Under the pieces are notes generated by a model. That model did no database searches. It saw nothing but the letters and a program-made list of their open reading frames with translations, and had not been told where the DNA came from. A DNA stretch of 64,000 bases from Bilabrum cf. latius (taxonomy: Eukaryota), in NCBI GenBank assembly GCA_965178125.1, contig OZ237772.1, positions 1-64,000 on the forward strand, read 5' to 3'. Of this stretch, positions 38,505 to 51,957 are shown one piece after another. Within the stretch, counting starts at the first letter, position 1, and the number at the start of each line of letters is the position of its first letter. The translations under genes were made by a program, and so were the position numbers.

Positions 38505-39626
38505 GCTGCGTTATCAGTCAAGTGAACAGGCCTGTTTGCGCAAGAACCTGAGGGGTTCAGCGACCTGAAACCTCAGATATACTTCGCGCCAGTTGATCAT
38601 CACGGATCGTGGGCAGCGATACAACAGCACGTTACTCGTCCACGATACGGTGCCTGACGAAAGCGTCTGTTGCAGGGTGTTTTGGAACAGAAGGACTTGA
38701 GAGTTGTTCTGTGATAATAATACTGACTTTGTTCTTCTGTTTTTAGGTAAGAGTGGCACGAGTGGTCCGGCGTGCTCGGGGGGATCTGACAGATATTGCG
38801 TGCTCAGCTCGGATCAATGTTGCGTGCACTTGCAGGCGCTCTGGCTAGAATGCAGCGATCCGAAGATCTGTAACTGGAAGTGATGAGCAAATTGAGTTTG
38901 GCGGTCCAAGAACGGAAGTCTCCGTTGTACGCAGCACTACAGTAAGGCTTGTTTTGCTACGTTGACAATTTTTTTACATGCAAATATCAAAACCATCCGT
39001 GAGCATTGCGCAGACATGCGCAACGAGAGTATCAGTCAAACATGCCCAGCGGCCCGCTCGGCGTAATTTTGGCCCCGTAGCGAAAATCTAAGCCTTGCAA
39101 CATGTTTTTATTAAATAGAATATGTCTGTGTCTCAATATTTTGCTTGATGGTCGCGGCTTCACCTGGTCAATGCGGGCGCCACCGGCTGCCACCTCGCCG
39201 CGCCTTCCACCGGGAGCCAAAAGTGCCCAGAGAAGCAATCACGCACACTAAGCGATTTTATCACCTGTAATTCAGTGTCTGGGCTTCCACCGTGTTCCAG
39301 TTAATGCGGTGTTTGATACCAAACACCAAGAAGCCTTCGTGAGCAAGTGATCAAGGATCGCGAGTCCCGTGGTCCCGGCAGCAACTCGCATCGCAGCAGA
39401 TAATATTCGGCTACTTATTATATTCAACAACATTAACGATGGGTCGCAAACCACGGAACAGAATATTCATGCACCGAGGTCCCTGCACCCGCACGTTCCA
39501 CCTGTCCAAAGCACGGAAGAGATCCATGCCGGGAAATCCAAGCTGTGCGACTGTCCTTCCGCCGCCTGCTGCGGCACCAATATTAGCAATTGCAATAAAT
39601 ATATAACTACCCGTCCGTGCCGCACC

Positions 39627-42600
39627 ATGGGCCCACTCGTCACTGCAGCCCCCGACACCACCATCAGCTCGCGACAGCCTCGGGGTCCTGGCCTCCCATG
39701 CCCGATGGGCCCACTCGTCAGTACAGCCCCCGACACCACCTTCAGCCCGCCCCTGCTCACGACAGCCTCGGGGTCCTGCCCTCCCATGCCCGATGGGCCC
39801 ACTCGTCAGTACAGCCCCCGACACCACCTTCAGCCCGCCCCTGCTCACGACAGCCTCGGGGTCCTGCCCTCCCATGCCCGATGGGCCCACTCGTCAGTAC
39901 AGCCCCCGACACCACCTTCAGCCCGCCCCTGCTCACGACAGCCTCGGGGTCCTGCCCTCCCATGCACGATGGGCCCACTCGTCACTGCAGCCCCCGACAC
40001 CACCTTCAGCCCGCCCCTGCTCACGACAGCCTCGGGGTCCTGCCCTCCCATGCCCGATGGGCCCACTCGTCACTGCAGCCCCCGGCACCACCTTCAGCCC
40101 GCCCCTGCTCACGACAGCCTCGGGGTCCTGCCCTCCCATGCCCGATGGGCCCACTCGTCACTGCAGCCCCCGACACCACCTTCAGCCCGCCCCTGCTCAC
40201 GACAGCCTCGGGGGCCTGGCCTCCCATGCCCGTTGGGCCCGATGGGCCCACTCGTCACTGCAGCCCCCGACACCACCTTCAGCCCGCCCCTGCTCACGAC
40301 AGCCTCGGGGTCCTGGCCTCCCATGCCCGATGGGCCCACTCGTCACTGCAGCCCCCGACACCACCTTCAGCCCGCCCCTGCTCACGACAGCCTTGGGGTC
40401 CTGCCCTCCCATGCCCGATGGGCCCACTCGTCAGTACAGCCCCCGACACCACCTTCAGCCCGCCCCTGCTCACGACAGCCTCGGGGTCCTGGCCTCCCAT
40501 GCCCGATGGGCCCACTCGTCACTGCAGCCCCCGACACCACCTTCAGCCCGCCCCTGCTCACGACAGCCTCGGGGTCCTGGCCTCCCATGCCCGATGGGCC
40601 CACTCGTCAGTACAGCCCCCGACACCACCTTCAGCCCGCCCCTGCTCACGACAGCCTCGGGGTCCTGCCCTCCCATGCCCGATGGGCCCACTCGTCACTG
40701 CAGCCCCCGACACCACCTTCAGCCCGCCCCTGCTCACGACAGCCTCGGGGTCCTGGCCTCCCATGCCCGATGGGCCCACTCGTCACTGCAGCCCCCGACA
40801 CCACCTTCAGCCCGCCCCTGCTCACGACAGCCTCGGGGTCCTGGCCTCCCATGCCCGATGGGCCCACTCGTCACTGCAGCCCCCGACACCACCTTCAGCC
40901 CGCCCCTGCTCACGACAGCCTCGGGGTCCTGGCCTCCCATGCCCGATGGGCCCACTCGTCAGTGCAGCCCCCGACACCACCTTCAGCCCGCCCCTGCTCA
41001 CGACAGCCTCGGGGTCCTGGCCTCCCATGCCCGATGGGCCCACTCGTCAGTACAGCCCCCGACACCACCTTCAGCCCGCCCCTGCTCACGACAGCCTCGG
41101 GGTCCTGCCCTCCCATGCCCGATGGGCCCACTCGTCACTGCAGCCCCCGACACCACCTTCAGCCCGCCCCTGCTCACGACAGCCTCGGGGTCCTGGCCTC
41201 CCATGCCCGATGGGCCCACTCGTCAGTACAGCCCCCGACACCACCTTCAGCCCGCCCCTGCTCACGACAGCCTCGGGGTCCTGCCCTCCCATGCCCGATG
41301 GGCCCACTCGTCACTGCAGCCCCCGACACCACCTTCAGCCCGCCCCTGCTCACGACAGCCTCGGGGTCCTGGCCTCCCATGCCCGATGGGCCCACTCGTC
41401 ACTGCAGCCCCCGACACCACCTTCAGCCCGCCCCTGCTCACGACAGCCTCGGGGTCCTGCCCTCCCATGCCCGATGGGCCCACTCGTCAGTACAGCCCCC
41501 GACACCACCTTCAGCCCGCCCCTGCTCACGACAGCCTCGGGGTCCTGCCCTCCCATGCCCGATGGGCCCACTCGTCAGTGCAGCCCCCGACACCACCTTC
41601 AGCCCGCCCCTGCTCACGACAGCCTCGGGGGCCTGGCCTCCCATGCCCGATGGGCCCACTCGTCACTGCAGCCCCCGACACCACCTTCAGCCCGCCCCTG
41701 CTCACGACAGCCTCGGGGTCCTGGCCTCCCATGCCCGATGGGCCCACTCGTCACTGCAGCCCCCGACACCACCTTCAGCCCGCCCCTGCTCACGACAGCC
41801 TCGGGGTCCTGGCCTCCCATGCCCGATGGGCCCACTCGTCACTGCAGCCCCCGACACCACCTTCAGCCCGCCCCTGCTCACGACAGCCTTGGGGTCCTGG
41901 CCTCCCATGCCCGATGGGCCCGATGGGCCCACTCGTCAGTGCAGCCTCCGACACCACCTTCAGCCCGCCCCTGCTCACGACAGCCTCGGGGTCCTGCCCT
42001 CCCATGCCCGATGGGCCCACTCGTCACTGCAGCCCCCGACACCACCTTCAGCCCGCCCCTGCTCACGACAGCCTCGGGGTCCTGCCCTCCCATGCCCGAT
42101 GGGCCCACTCGTCAGTACAGCCCCCGACACCACCTTCAGCCCGCCCCTGCTCACGACAGCCTCGGGGTCCTGCCCTCCCATGCCCGATGGGCCCACTCGT
42201 CACTACAGCCCCCGACACCACCTTCAGCCCGCCCCTGCTCTCGACAGCCTCGGGGTCCTGGCCTCCCATGCTCGTTGGGTCCGATGGGCCCACTCGTCAG
42301 TGCAGCCCCCGACACCACCTTCAGCCCGCCCCTGCTCACGACAGCCTCGGGGTCCTGGCCTCCCATGCCCGATGGGCCCGATGGGCCCACTCGTCACTGC
42401 AGCCCCCGACACCACCTTCAGCCCGCCCCTGCTCACGACAGCCTCGGGGTCCTGCCCTCCCATGCCCGATGGGCCCACTCGTCAGTACAGCCCCCGACAC
42501 CACCTTCAGCCCGCCCCTGCTCACGACAGCCTCGGGGTCCTGCCCTCCCATGCCCGATGGGCCCACTCGTCACTGCAGCCCCCGACACCACCATCAGCCC

Positions 42601-45600
42601 GCTCCTGCTCACGACAGCCTCGGGGTCCTGCCCTCCCGTGCCCGTTGGACCTAATGGGCCCACTTGTCAGTACAGCCCCCGACACCACCTTCAGCCCGCC
42701 CCTGCTCACGACAGCCTCGGGGTCCTGGCCTCCCATGCCCGATGGGCCCACTCGTCACTACAGCCCCCGACACCACCTTCAGCCCGCCCCTGCTCACGAC
42801 AGCCTCGGGGTCCTGCCCTCCCATGCCCGATGGGCCCACTCGTCACTGCAGCCCCCGACACCACCTTCAGCCCGCCCCTGCTCACGACAGCCTCGGGGTC
42901 CTGGCCTCCCATGCCCGATGGGCCCACTCGTCACTGCAGCCCCCGACACCACCTTCAGCCCGCCCCTGCTCACGACAGCCTCGGGGTCCTGCCCTCCCAT
43001 GCCCGATGGGCCCACTCGTCACTACAGCCCCCGACACCACCTTCAGCCCGCCCCTGCTCACGACAGCCTCGGGGTCCTGCCCTCCCATGCCCGATGGGCC
43101 CACTCGTCAGTACAGCCCCCGACACCACCTTCAGCCCGCCCCTGCTCACGACAGCCTCGGGGTCCTGGCCTCCCATGCCCGATGGGCCCACTCGTCAGTG
43201 CAGCCCCCGACACCACCTTCAGCCCGCCCCTGCTCACGACAGCCTCGGGGGCCTGGCCTCCCATGCCCGATGGGCCCACTCGTCACTGCAGCCCCCGACA
43301 CCACCTTCAGCCCGCCCCTGCTCACGACAGCCTCGGGGTCCTGGCCTCCCATGCCCGATGGGCCCACTCGTCACTGCAGCCCCCGACACCACCTTCAGCC
43401 CGCCCCTGCTCACGACAGCCTCGGGGTCCTGGCCTCCCATGCCCGATGGGCCCACTCGTCACTGCAGCCCCCGACACCACCTTCAGCCCGCCCCTGCTCA
43501 CGACAGCCTTGGGGTCCTGGCCTCCCATGCCCGATGGGCCCGATGGGCCCACTCGTCAGTGCAGCCTCCGACACCACCTTCAGCCCGCCCCTGCTCACGA
43601 CAGCCTCGGGGTCCTGGCCTCCCATGCCCGATGGGCCCACTCGTCACTGCAGCCCCCGACACCACCTTCAGCCCGCCCCTGCTCACGACAGCCTCGGGGT
43701 CCTGCCCTCCCATGCCCGATGGGCCCACTCGTCACTGCAGCCCCCGACACCACCTTCAGCCCGCCCCTGCTCACGACAGCCTCGGGGTCCTGCCCTCCCA
43801 TGCCCGATGGGCCCACTCGTCACTGCAGCCCCCGACACCACCTTCAGCCCGCCCCTGCTCACGACAGCCTCGGGGTCCTGCCCTCCCATGCCCGATGGGC
43901 CCACTCGTCACTACAGCCCCCGACACCACCTTCAGCCCGCCCCTGCTCTCGACAGCCTCGGGGTCCTGGCCTCCCATGCTCGTTGGGTCCGATGGGCCCA
44001 CTCGTCAGTGCAGCCCCCGACACCACCTTCAGCCCGCCCCTGCTCACGACAGCCTCGGGGTCCTGGCCTCCCATGCCCGATGGGCCCGATGGGCCCACTC
44101 GTCACTGCAGCCCCCGACACCACCTTCAGCCCGCCCCTGCTCACGACAGCCTCGGGGTCCTGCCCTCCCATGCCCGATGGGCCCACTCGTCACTGCAGCC
44201 CCCGGCACCACCTTCAGCCCGCCCCTGCTCACGACAGCCTCGGGGTCCTGCCCTCCCATGCCCGATGGGCCCACTCGTCACTGCAGCCCCCGACACCACC
44301 ATCAGCTCGCTCCTGCTCACGACAGCCTCGGGGTCCTGGCCTCCCGTGCCCGTTGGACCTAATGTGCCCACTTGTCAGTACAGCCCCCGACACCACCTTC
44401 AGCCCGCTCCTGCTCACAACAGCCTCGGGGTCCTGCCCTCCCGTGCCCGTTGGACCTAATGGGCCCACTTGTCAGTACAGCCCCCGACACCACCTTCAGC
44501 CCGCCCCTGCTCACGACAGCCTCGGGGTCCTGGCCTCCCATGCCCGATGGGCCCACTCGTCACTACAGCCCCCGACACCACCTTCAGCCCGCCCCTACTC
44601 ACGACAGCCTCAAGGTCCTGGCCTCCCGTGCCCGATGGACCTAATGGGCCCACTTGTCAGTACAGCCCCCGACACCACCTTCAGCCCGCCCCTGCTCACG
44701 ACAGCCTCGGGGTCCTGGCCTCCCATGCCCGATGGGCCCACTCGTCACTGCAGCCCCCGACACCACCTTCAGCCCGCCCCTGCTCACGACAGCCTCGGGG
44801 TCCTGCCCTCCCATGCCCGATGGGCCCACTCGTCACTGCAGCCCCCGACACCACCTTCAGCCCGCCCCTGCTCACGACAGCCTCGGGGTCCTGCCCTCCC
44901 ATGCCCGATGGGCCCACTCGTCAGTACAGCCCCCGACACCACCTTCAGCCCGCCCCTGCTCACGACAGCCTCGGGGTCCTGCCCTCCCATGCCCGATGGG
45001 CCCACTCGTCACTGCAGCCCCCGACACCACCTTCAGCCCGCCCCTGCTCACGACAGCCTCGGGGTCCTGCCCTCCCATGCCCGATGGGCCCACTCGTCAC
45101 TGCAGCCCCCGACACCACCTTCAGCCCGCCCCTGCTCACGACAGCCTCGGGGTCCTGGCCTCCCATGCCCGATGGGCCCACTCGTCACTGCAGCCCCCGA
45201 CACCACCTTCAGCCCGCCCCTGCTCACGACAGCCTCGGGGTCCTGGCCTCCCGTGCCCGATGGGCCCGATGGGCCCACTCGTCACTGCAGCCCCCGACAC
45301 CACCTTCAGCCCGCCCCTGCTCACGACAGCCTCGGGGTCCTGCCCTCCCGTGCCCGTTGGACCTAATGGGCCCACTTGTCAGTACAGCCCCCGACACCAC
45401 CTTCAGCCCGCCCCTGCTCACGACAGCCTCGGGGTCCTGGCCTCCCATGCCCGATGGGCCCACTCGTCACTGCAGCCCCCGACACCACCTTCAGCCCGCC
45501 CCTGCTCACGACAGCCTCGGGGTCCTGCCCTCCCGTGCCCGTTGGACCTAATGGGCCCACTTGTCAGTACAGCCCCCGACACCACCTTCAGCCCGCCCCT

Positions 45601-47514
45601 GCTCACGACAGCCTCGGGGTCCTGCCCTCCCATGCCCGATGGGCCCACTCGTCACTGCAGCCCCCGACACCACCTTCAGCCCGCCCCTGCTCACGACAGC
45701 CTCGGGGTCCTGCCCTCCCATGCCCGATGGGCCCACTCGTCACTGCAGCCCCCGACACCACCTTCAGCCCGCCCCTGCTCACGACAGCCTCGGGGTCCTG
45801 GCCTCCCATGCCCGATGGGCCCACTCGTCACTGCAGCCCCCGACACCACCTTCAGCCCGCCCCTGCTCACGACAGCCTCGGGGTCCTGCCCTCCCGTGCC
45901 CGTTGGACCTAATGGGCCCACTTGTCAGTACAGCCCCCGACACCACCTTCAGCCCGCCCCTGCTCACGACAGCCTCGGGGTCCTGGCCTCCCATGCCCGA
46001 TGGGCCCACTCGTCACTACAGCCCCCGACACCACCTTCAGCCCGCCCCTGCTCACGACAGCCTCGGGGTCCTGCCCTCCCGTGCCCGTTGGACCTAATGG
46101 GCCCACTTGTCAGTACAGCCCCCGACACCACCTTCAGCCCGCCCCTGCTCACGACAGCCTCGGGGTCCTGGCCTTCCATGCCCGATGGGCCCACTCGTCA
46201 CTACAGCCCCCGACACCACCTTCAGCCCGCCCCTGCTCACGACAGCCTCGGGGTCCTGCCCTCCCATGCCCGATGGGCCCACTCGTCACTGCAGCCCCCG
46301 ACACCACCTTCAGCCCGCCCCTGCTCACGACAGCCTCGGGGTCCTGGCCTCCCGTGCCCGATGGGCCCACTCGTCACTGCAGCCCCCGACACCACCTTCA
46401 GCCCGCCCCTGCTCACGACAGCCTCGGGGTCCTGGCCTCCCATGCCCGATGGGCCCACTCGTCACTGCAGCCCCCGACACCACCTTCAGCCCGCCCCTGC
46501 TCACGACAGCCTCGGGGTCCTGGCCTCCCATGCCCGATGGGCCCACTCGTCACTGCAGCCCCCGACACCACCTTCAGCCCGCCCCTGCTCACGACAGCCT
46601 CGGGGTCCTGGCCTCCCATGCCCGATGGGCCCACTCGTCAGTGCAGCCCCCGACACCACCTTCAGCCCGCCCCTGCTCACGACAGCCTCGGGGTCCTGCC
46701 CTCCCATGCCCGATGGGCCCACTCGTCACTGCAGCCCCCGACACCACCTTCAGCCCGCCCCTGCTCACGACAGCCTCGGGGGCCTGGCCTCCCGTGCCCG
46801 ATGGGCCCACTCGTCACTGCAGCCCCCGACACCACCTTCAGCCCGCCCCTGCTCACGACAGCCTTGGGGTCCTGGCCTCCCATGCCCGATGGGCCCACTC
46901 GTCACTGCAGCCCCCGACACCACCTTCAGCCCGCCCCTGCTCACGACAGCCTCGGGGTCCTGCCCTCCCATGCACGATGGGCCCACTCGTCACTGCAGCC
47001 CCCGACACCACCTTCAGCCCGCCCCTGCTCACGACAGCCTCGGGGTCCTGCCCTCCCATGCCCGATGGGCCCACTCGTCACTGCAGCCCCCGACACCACC
47101 TTCAGCCCGCCCCTGCTCACGACAGCCTCGGGGTCCTGGCCTCCCATGCCCGATGGGCCCACTCGTCAGTACAGCCCCCGACACCACCTTCAGCCCGCCC
47201 CTGCTCACGACAGCCTCGGGGTCCTGCCCTCCCATGCCCGATGGGCCCACTCGTCACTGCAGCCCCCGACACCACCTTCAGCCCGCCCCTGCTCACGACA
47301 GCCTCGGGGTCCTGCCCTCCCATGCCCGATGGGCCCACTCGTCACTGCAGCCCCCGACACCACCTTCAGCCCGCCCCTGCTCACGACAGCCTCGGGGTCC
47401 TGGCCTCCCATGCCCGATGGGCCCACTCGTCACTGCAGCCCCCGACACCACCTTCAGCCCGCCCCTGCTCACGACAGCCTCGGGGTCCTGCCCTCCCATG
47501 CCCGATGGGCCCAC
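39627..47514 (+). repeat. 88-bp GC-rich satellite array, ~88 units, 7.9 kb
   Basis: Unit atgggcccactcgtcactgcagcccccgacaccaccttcagcccgcccctgctcacgacagcctcggggtcctggcctcccatgcccg, with few variable positions and some 97-bp variants. Confidence 0.99.
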
Positions 47515-48083
47515 GAGTACACTCTTGGTCTCCAGTCCAAGCTCGGTGCCGTGTAGGCCCCATTCAGCCCGTCACGATGATTTCGTGTGCCGTTGTCTCG
47601 ATTGATTCAAAGCAGCAGTCTTCACTGCGACAAGTGTTTCCTTAGTTCTGTTCTGTAGCATATCTAAGCTTACCCGCTGGCTCCTCCTCGACCTAACAAG
47701 TAAAACACAGCAGCCCAAGCTAGGAACAGTTTTCTCTCATGGCGGGTGTCGCATAAGCAGCTCAAGATGCGGCTGCGGATTCGGGCACAATGCTGCCGAC
47801 ACTCGGTTGGCCAGCACCTTGACAGCTGTACGTTCCGAGGACCGTGCAATCGTGCGCTCTATCCGAATGAGCGCGTCTTCGATAATTGGCTTGGCCCTGT
47901 TGGTGTGCTCCAGCTTCTCGTCCCAAGGGTCCTGGGCGAGAGCTGTCTTTGCCCATGCCTTCCGAAGAGAGGCGGGCGACCTCCCTCTATTCTGATCCCC
48001 GGCATCAGGTTGCCACGGCTTCGTTTCGGCGTGATGCTCATGCTCAGCCCGCTCCATCTGCTCTACCGCGGTGCCCGTTGAGG

Positions 48084-49202
48084 CAGACCTGTCCACGGAC
48101 CCCCGGACTGTCCGGGGGTCGAAATCCACTTTCTGGCCCCCGGACAGGACCCCTCGTCCCCTGTCCGGGAGTCGAAAAGTGAAACTCTGAGGGATAAGGT
48201 GTACTTTAAAGCAGAAGGCTGCAATCCGACGTAGAGACATATTCCGGCACTTTCCGCCGGACTCCGAGAGTTATATTGCAAATGTATGGTTGTATCATCA
48301 TTTATATGATCATATAGATTGGTATTTCTGGTTGTACGCAGTAATAATGCGTTCAATGTTCCTTTGAAAGGCTGATCAGGTGCCGGGCCCCTGCTCCAGG
48401 CCAGTTTCTAAGGACCAGTCACCCCAACGTGCACACTACCAGCAAATAATGGGGTAAGGTATGTAAATCAAACATAATTGATGTCCTAGGCTCTGGAATT
48501 TCTGTACACAGCAGCCAGTATGGCGGCTCTCAATTGGCCAGATTGGCCGCCCACAAAGGGTACCACGATATTGACATGTATCAGCATTCACATCATACGA
48601 ATGGTATATTTGCTACATAAAATCCCAATTCAGGGTATCAATAAGTACACAAACCTCACTTATCGTTGACAACACCAACGCTTACTTTCTCAGTGTCCCA
48701 AGGGGGTTTACGCCAATGTATCTCCATACAGCGACCACCAACGACGAAACATGATTTATCAAACCTATTTAATGGTAATGAGTGCATAATTTTGCTAGTT
48801 GATCCGGAATTGGTGGATGCATCTCAGGAGTTGCACCTGGTCTCCACAGGTAGTTGCCGTATTCTGGGCTCAGAAATACTTATCCAACATTACTCAATAC
48901 CAACATTATATAACACACTAATTATATGCGACTGTACGCCTAGTATTGTTTGTTGGAGGATATTGGTTGCCTGGCAATGGGAAACGTGTATATCAGAATC
49001 GAAGGTTGCGTACTGTTTTGCGAAATTTTCCGCGGCGCAGCTGAGAGTTGAGCGACCGAGTTGATCGACCTCAAATCGCCGCGAGAAGGCCAAATCTGGT
49101 CTTATTTTTTGCATAGGACAATTATTGGACGAGTTAAGAATTTGACCCCCGGACACGATGTCCAGAAATGGCTGTCCGGGGGTGCCGCCGTGGACAGGTC
49201 TG
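48084..49202. mobile_element. Non-autonomous hAT-type element (MITE), 1119 bp
   Basis: Perfect 15-bp TIR CAGACCTGTCCACGG at 48084-48098 and 49188-49202. 8-bp TSD cgttgagg/cgttgaga. Subterminal acccccggac repeats and an AT-rich interior. Confidence 0.88.
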
Positions 49203-49683
49203 CGTTGAGAAATACAGAAATACAGAAATACATTGTTGAGGATCTGCCAGGTGGTTGCGTAGACTTTGCACGAAAATTTGATAAAACCAGGGGGCGAGCA
49301 GAAATGAGCGGAGCCAGGCAGTTCTTTCGTCGATCGCCTCTACTAGGGGCGAAGAGATCAAGACTAATACATAATATTGATTTCTTTTAGGATCTGACGA
49401 CACCATCTAGGGACCAGAAACGCCGTGTCTTCGTCTCAGTACTCCACAAACTGAAGCAGCGATGAGCTCACTTCCCGTCGATCAGGATGCGAAGAATCCG
49501 GCTGCCAGTAGCAGCTAGAAGTATGTCGCAGCATCCTTACGACTTGAAGCTGCGCCGACCGCGAACAGGCGTATGATCCGCTCCAATCCCGCCTCAACAC
49601 AACAGCAGTCTGCTCAAAAGCCCGCGCTTAGCTCGCAATGTAGCACGCATTGCCTCGCCTGCGTGGGATGGCGGCAAAAGGAA

Positions 49684-51957
49684 ATGCTCTGTAGGCTAGT
49701 TGGCGTCGTGATCGCCTGCTTGGCTTTGGCATGGGCTATTACCATCGCACGGTATGGTGCAATGCATTCATCACCGATAGCTTCGAGCACGAATGACCAA
49801 GAGCGACCTCGAGACACTCATGTTCCCGTAGCCCACGAGGATCCTGTCGCACCAGCTGTAAAAGCACCCGATACAAAGAGCCATCCGGCGCATTTCAACT
49901 TCGTCGGTGGCCTTCCGACGGCCGTGTTCGACAACAGCTCGATCGAGGCGGACGAGATCGTGCAGGGCGCTCGATTGGCAGCCCTGGCGGACCTGGTTCT
50001 GATGGGGACCGTAAGCGAGGCGAAGCTCATGCACTCAGTTCCGGCGGAGGCTGGGCAGAAGCTCCGAGTGTTCGAGACGGCGACGGAGGCGCAGCGGGAA
50101 GACGCCAAGAGAGCCAGGGTGCTGTCTCTCCTTTCCGATTGGTCGGCACAGGAGCCATGGTGGCCATACGTGGAGGCCGCGGCAGCGCACGGCCAACTGA
50201 CTGCGGTTCTTGTGCACAACGGTGCCGCAACGCCGCGCGAGGACAAGTGGAGGCCGTTCCTGGACCGGTACCCGCAGGTCCACCTGTACGCAGTCGGCCT
50301 GGGGTTCCGGCACAAGCGGGCGCACCTGTTCCCCGACGGGGTGCAGAACTCCCAGTGGGATCCTCAGGGGCCGGCAATGTGGTCATGGGCTAGCAGGCAG
50401 GAGATCGAGGGGGGGGCGTCAAAGCGGCCCGCTCGGGTCACGGTCACCCACATGCGGCCGACGAGCGGGAGCCGGGGCCCACTCATGGATGCAGCGAGGG
50501 CGGCAGGCCACTTGATGGCCGACAAGCACCGCGGGCGCGACTACGTGACCAAGGTCTTACAGAAGAACCGCTTCGTGCTAACTCCCCAAGTCAGTGGCCC
50601 GGACACGCACCGCCTCTGGGAGTCGCTGTACTCTGGCAGCGTGCCCGTGCTGGAGGACTTGCCGTTCACGGCGCTGCTACTGGACGAGTGCCCCGGACTG
50701 CGAGCCGCAGTGCTGATTGGCGGACCGTAGGGCTTCGCAGACATCAAGTTCGATCGTTTCGCCGCGAAGCTCGGCACGTACGATCCGAGGACGGCAATGC
50801 CATGGCTGCGGCTGTCGTGGTGGAGTAGGCGAATACACGCGCACCGCGAGCTGGCGCCACCCGTTCCCCTTGTTTGGGTGCACAAGGGCAAACGCTGGCC
50901 GGATTTTCTACCCAACAGCCTCGCGAACGCAGGCATGTGGAACCCTCGCTCTCGCCGCATCGTCATATCGGAGAGGCGCTTTGCCGGCCGGCTCGAGCTG
51001 GACGATGGCTTCGGGCGTCCCGTGGAGTTCGTTCCTGTTGAGAACATCCAGCCGACGCAGGCCCTGCTTTAGTTTCAGAAAGGTAAGATACCGTTCAACA
51101 GCGGCTTTCGCGACGGCTTCTGGCGCTTCACGGCGGAGCGACTGCTGCTGCTGGACGCGTGGGCGCACGAGCACAACGCTACGGAGCTGCTTCACATGGA
51201 GAACGACAATTTGCTCTACGAGGACGTGGCCATGCTCCGTCCGCTTGCACAGGCGTACGGAAATGGTGTTTGGTTTACGACCATGCGGAAAAACAACGCC
51301 CTAGCCAACTTCCTGCTCGTATAGTCGCTCGCGGGGCTCCGCCGGCTTGCCGGATTCATCATGTGCTCCCCAAGCATTCTCACGAAGTCGGAGGTTGCAG
51401 CGTGCAAGGGAAGCAACGAAATGGCGAGGCTGAAGTCACTCTTGCTGTTCGATGCCAAGTCCCCTCCTCAGCTTCGAGCGCAGGCATCGGCTCGCCCACT
51501 CGCTGTCCCAGCAGGTGCCGTGCCGCAGGGCTGGCCCGGACTCGTCGATTGCGCGGGTTGGGGGCAATGGATTGGCGGAGCGAACCCCGAGAACGGGTTT
51601 GGACCACAAGGATTCTGCAACAGTGCGACATTCCAGCCGTGCGCAGACGTGGAGTTACGGTGGGCATCGGAGTGCAGCGATGGACGGGTGTCCCCTTGCG
51701 GCACAGAGGGCGCGTGCGGCTCCGTGGGGACAAGGGGGGCAGTGGCCGTCCGGGGCCGCAGCACGGAAGGCGGAACTGATAACTGCAAGGCCTTTCTCCA
51801 GTTCCGGCGGCGCCGAGGCCACGCGCTGACGTCCTACGAGCCATGGCTGAAGCTCACGCAGGTGCACTATCACAACAAGGGGCGCACCAGTGTCACGCGG
51901 TCGGATCTGGATGCGGGGACACTTCTCAACGTGACTGGTATAGAACGATCGCACTGA
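49684..51957 (+). CDS. Type II membrane two-domain glycosyltransferase-like protein (exostosin/GT47-like + second GT-like domain)
   Basis: N-terminal TM, RFVLTPQVSGPDTHRLWESLYSGSVPV, then FRDGFWRFTAERL..HMENDNLLY. In-frame TAG at 50728, 51070 and 51322. Ends at TGA. Confidence 0.78.

Noticed and set aside
30757-47514. CRISPR-like array
   Set aside because: Units are head-to-tail with no unique spacers, there are no cas genes, and the context is eukaryotic.
39369-47645. Very long ORFs (up to 1696 aa) and dozens of 73-aa ORFs
   Set aside because: Artefacts of a stop-poor 88-bp satellite. The unit is not a multiple of 3, so all three frames give the same cyclic peptide.
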